A stretch of DNA of 64,000 nt, taken from an uncultured Candidatus Saccharibacteria bacterium. GTDB taxonomy: Bacteria; Patescibacteriota; Minisyncoccia; RBG-13-40-8-A. Below are positions 58,870-64,000 of this stretch, one piece after another. The first letter of the stretch is position 1. Each line of letters starts with the position of its first letter. The stretch is taken from assembly GCA_965231075.1 (NCBI GenBank), contig OZ246412.1, positions 257,587 through 321,586 on the forward strand. The letters are read 5' to 3'. Under the pieces are notes generated by a model, which was not told where the DNA came from, did not search any database, and saw only the letters and a program-made list of their open reading frames with translations. The translations under genes and the position numbers were made by a program.

Positions 58870-59955
58870 TTATTTTTCTCGTATCGCAATACTCTGAATA
58901 ATTCCCAGCGCTACAAAATTAATCAATAAATTGCTTCCACCATAACTAATAAATGGCAAAGGAATTCCCGTAATCGGCAAAACACCCAGATTCATACCAA
59001 TATTTACAAATGTTTGGAAAGCCAAAACAATTGCCGTTCCCACACAAAACAATCTCGCAAAATTATTTTCGGCCCTAATCGCAATTTTAATAATTCTAAA
59101 AAATAACAGAAAATATAATATGAAAACAATTATCAGTCCTGCAAATCCCCATTCTTCACCGATCGATGCAAAAATAAAATCAGTATGTTGTTCGGGCAAA
59201 AAATTTAATTGTGATTGTGGCCCATGACCCAACCCTCTGCCCCAAAACTGCCCCGAACCAATTGCAATCATAGATTGAATGCGGTGATAACCACTTCCTT
59301 GTGGGTCTAGGTAGGGATTAATAAAACCCGTGATTCTATTTTTTTGATAGGGTTTTAAAACACCAATCCAGGCAACTCCAAATAAAATCGCTCCGATTAA
59401 GAATAAAAGCAGAAGTTGTCTTAATTTGATTCCCGCAATTATCATTACTCCCAACCAAAGAAAAACTAGAACCATTGCCGAACCCATGTCTGGCTGAAGA
59501 AAAACCAACCCCACAACTAGGGCGGTATAAATCCCAGAAATAATAATGTGCTTTATGCGATATAGTTCAATGTGTCTAAGAGAAAAGTATTGTGCAAAAA
59601 TTAAAATCATCACAAGCTTGGCAATTTCTACTGGTTCAATGTTTATAAAACCCAAACTAAACCAACTTGCCGCTCCCCTGGATTTGCCCACAAACAAAAC
59701 CGCAACCAAAAGAATCGCAACAATAAAATAGAAGATTAAAAGCAATGTGGGATGGTTCCTGAAAAGTCGATAATCAATAAATGCAAAAATCAACATTAAA
59801 GCCATGCCAGCGACAATAAAACCTGCCTGTTTATAAAAATAACTCTTTTCGTGATAAAAAGAGGTACTATAGATCGACATTATGCCAATGGTTAATAAAA
59901 GCAAGACAGACGCGATTAGTATCCAATCAAGTTTTTTAAGAAAATATAAAAACAT
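58870..59955 (-). CDS. FtsW/RodA/SpoVE family peptidoglycan glycosyltransferase.
   Basis: 361 aa with ten transmembrane helices. Matches to the SEDS family include GSAMVLVFLWLG and PLPFISYGGS. Confidence 0.85.
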   Translation of the reverse strand: MFLYFLKKLDWILIASVLLLLTIGIMSIYSTSFYHEKSYFYKQAGFIVAGMALMLIFAFIDYRLFRNHPTLLLIFYFIVAILLVAVLFVGKSRGAASWFSLGFINIEPVEIAKLVMILIFAQYFSLRHIELYRIKHIIISGIYTALVVGLVFLQPDMGSAMVLVFLWLGVMIIAGIKLRQLLLLFLIGAILFGVAWIGVLKPYQKNRITGFINPYLDPQGSGYHRIQSMIAIGSGQFWGRGLGHGPQSQLNFLPEQHTDFIFASIGEEWGFAGLIIVFILYFLLFFRIIKIAIRAENNFARLFCVGTAIVLAFQTFVNIGMNLGVLPITGIPLPFISYGGSNLLINFVALGIIQSIAIREK

Positions 59956-60017
59956 GTCAATTTAATACTAACAAAAATTAGCGCGGGCTTCCAGCCCGCG
60001 CTAATAATATCTATAAA

Positions 60018-60200
60018 TTATTTTTCTTCTTCTGGAAAATCCTCCGGCATACTGTCTTTATCTGGTTCTAACTTTTCAGGCATTGTGTCTGGTGGAATTT
60101 CGCCTTCTTCGGGAATTGTTGTCGGTTCACAGTCGCAATGACCACCTCCGCAACACGACTCTTCTCTTTTTTTAAACAATTTCTTTAAAAATTCTCCCAT
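60018..60200 (-). CDS. Small acidic cysteine-rich protein.
   Basis: CCGGGHCDCEP then a Pro/Glu-rich tail. 60 aa. Confidence 0.3.
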   Translation of the reverse strand: MGEFLKKLFKKREESCCGGGHCDCEPTTIPEEGEIPPDTMPEKLEPDKDSMPEDFPEEEK

Positions 60201-60245
60201 AATTTTGTTGGCCCAATTTGTGGCACTTTACTTGTTTTTTAATTA

Positions 60246-61046
60246 TTATTCTATAGTGTTCGAACTGTTTTGAGCTTTGATAAAATTTTCATCAAGAAAA
60301 ACATTAATATAAGATCTAATTTCAAATGATTTGACTTCTTCCGAAATAATATATGGCCAATTCATTTCAAATCCTCTGATTTCATTTTTTAGAAATGTGT
60401 TCATTGTGGTTTTGCCAACAGCAATAATTTCGCTTTGGTTGTTGAATAACACACCGACAATTTCAATTTTATTTAAATCGTAACTGGTTTTATTTTCAAT
60501 TGCGCCAACAAGTCTGCTGTAACCACTTTCTGTGATTTGGTATTCTGAATTTTTATTTCTAATTTCTAGATTGCTGAATTCCGAAGGTTTTTTCCAAACG
60601 ATATCTAAAAGTTTTATCTCGATTCTAGCAATTTGTTTTTCTGCAAGAATTTTTTGTTCAACAATATATTTGGTTTCTTGTGGTAAAATATAGGTTTTAT
60701 TAATTTTAGTATCAATTAGTTGATTTTCGGCGTCATATAAATTAATTTGACAATCCATTGATTCTACCGCCCACACAATATTAGGGTTTTTTATTCTAAT
60801 AATAATATCATAATTATTGTCTATTGTGGGTATAAATTTTTCTAAAATAATTTGCAGGTCTTCGATTTTTTTACATTGACCACAGGGCCCACCACAATCA
60901 ACATCTTCTTCGTTTTGATTTTTAATCCCGTCGAAACAGGTTGGTCCGGTTGGTTTATTAATAAAATAAATTCCAACAACAATAATCGCAATAATTATCA
61001 AGTAAACAATTCCAATTTTAAGTTGTTTTCCGAAATATTTACTCAT
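60246..61046 (-). CDS. Membrane-anchored or secreted hypothetical protein.
   Basis: An N-terminal transmembrane helix and a Cys cluster CFDG...DCGGPCGQC. It is followed by the terminator AGCGCGGGCUUCCAGCCCGCGCU at 60985-61012. Confidence 0.4.
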   Translation of the reverse strand: MSKYFGKQLKIGIVYLIIIAIIVVGIYFINKPTGPTCFDGIKNQNEEDVDCGGPCGQCKKIEDLQIILEKFIPTIDNNYDIIIRIKNPNIVWAVESMDCQINLYDAENQLIDTKINKTYILPQETKYIVEQKILAEKQIARIEIKLLDIVWKKPSEFSNLEIRNKNSEYQITESGYSRLVGAIENKTSYDLNKIEIVGVLFNNQSEIIAVGKTTMNTFLKNEIRGFEMNWPYIISEEVKSFEIRSYINVFLDENFIKAQNSSNTIE

Positions 61047-61130
61047 TGATTACAGTATAGCAAATTTTGTTAAAAACAAAAACACCTCACAGTATGAGAT
61101 GTTTTTTGTTTTTTTTGAAATTGTGATTAT

Positions 61131-61250
61131 TGTAGGAGGGTCACCTACTCTTGCGGTAATCCGCTACCATCGGCCTTGAAGGATTTCACTTCTGTGTTCG
61201 GAATGGGAACAGGTGGAGCACCCCAAGTATAACCCCCTTACAATAATCAC
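61131..61250 (-). rRNA. rrf: 5S ribosomal RNA.
   Basis: The minus-strand reading contains CCCAUUCCGAACACAGAAGUGAAAUCC and GCCGAUGGUAGCGGAUUACCGCAAGAGUAGG. The ends are approximate. Confidence 0.75.
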
Positions 61251-61384
61251 AATTTATTTCAAGTTTATTTTTAGATAAAAATTATTTTTTAAGAAGACCG
61301 CATCGGAAGCCGACCGCAGTCGGCTGAGATAGAGTGTGATTTTTAAATTTTAAAAATCAACACGTGTCTTCGTAAAAATAGTTT

Positions 61385-64000
<2,616 letters not shown>

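Overview
The window is AT-rich with small, tightly packed genes, which fits a reduced genome of the Candidate Phyla Radiation (CPR/Patescibacteria) type; that placement is inferred from composition and gene content only. Core genes on the minus strand include rarA, obg, the dnaG-rpoD-tgt operon, htpX, lemA, recA, ftsK, rpoC-rpoB, rodA/ftsW and the 5S-23S rRNA pair, with 23S running off the 3' edge. Core genes on the plus strand are secG, a peptide substrate-binding protein, a cupin-type phosphoglucose isomerase, tRNA-Leu, csaA-trpS, and rpsF-ssb-rpsR. A roughly 14 kb accessory block at 11.6-25.7 kb abuts tRNA-Asn. It carries a complete type I restriction-modification operon in which an OLD/PrrC-like ATPase with a C-terminal RNxxxH (HEPN-like) motif sits between hsdS and hsdR, and two small unknown ORFs sit between hsdM and hsdS. 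The same block holds a RelE/Phd toxin-antitoxin pair, radC, and an operon of a small helical protein, a P-loop kinase and a ParB-like nuclease. It also holds two miniature GIY-YIG elements; one is bounded by inverted repeats that recur as an ORF-less copy at 34.9 kb, and one is inserted into the 5' end of tRNA-Asn with a 14-bp duplication. A strongly GC-rich non-coding island at 23.0-23.9 kb carries a promoter- and terminator-bounded RNA of about 330 nt that I could not assign to any class. A GC-rich palindromic repeat family occurs three times, one copy inside the 5' coding region of rpoD. The 55-58.3 kb stretch is a string of monocistronic small-protein genes, each behind a near-consensus TTGACA-N16/17-TATAAT promoter, including paralogous zinc-ribbon proteins with a conserved leader hairpin and one leaderless mRNA.
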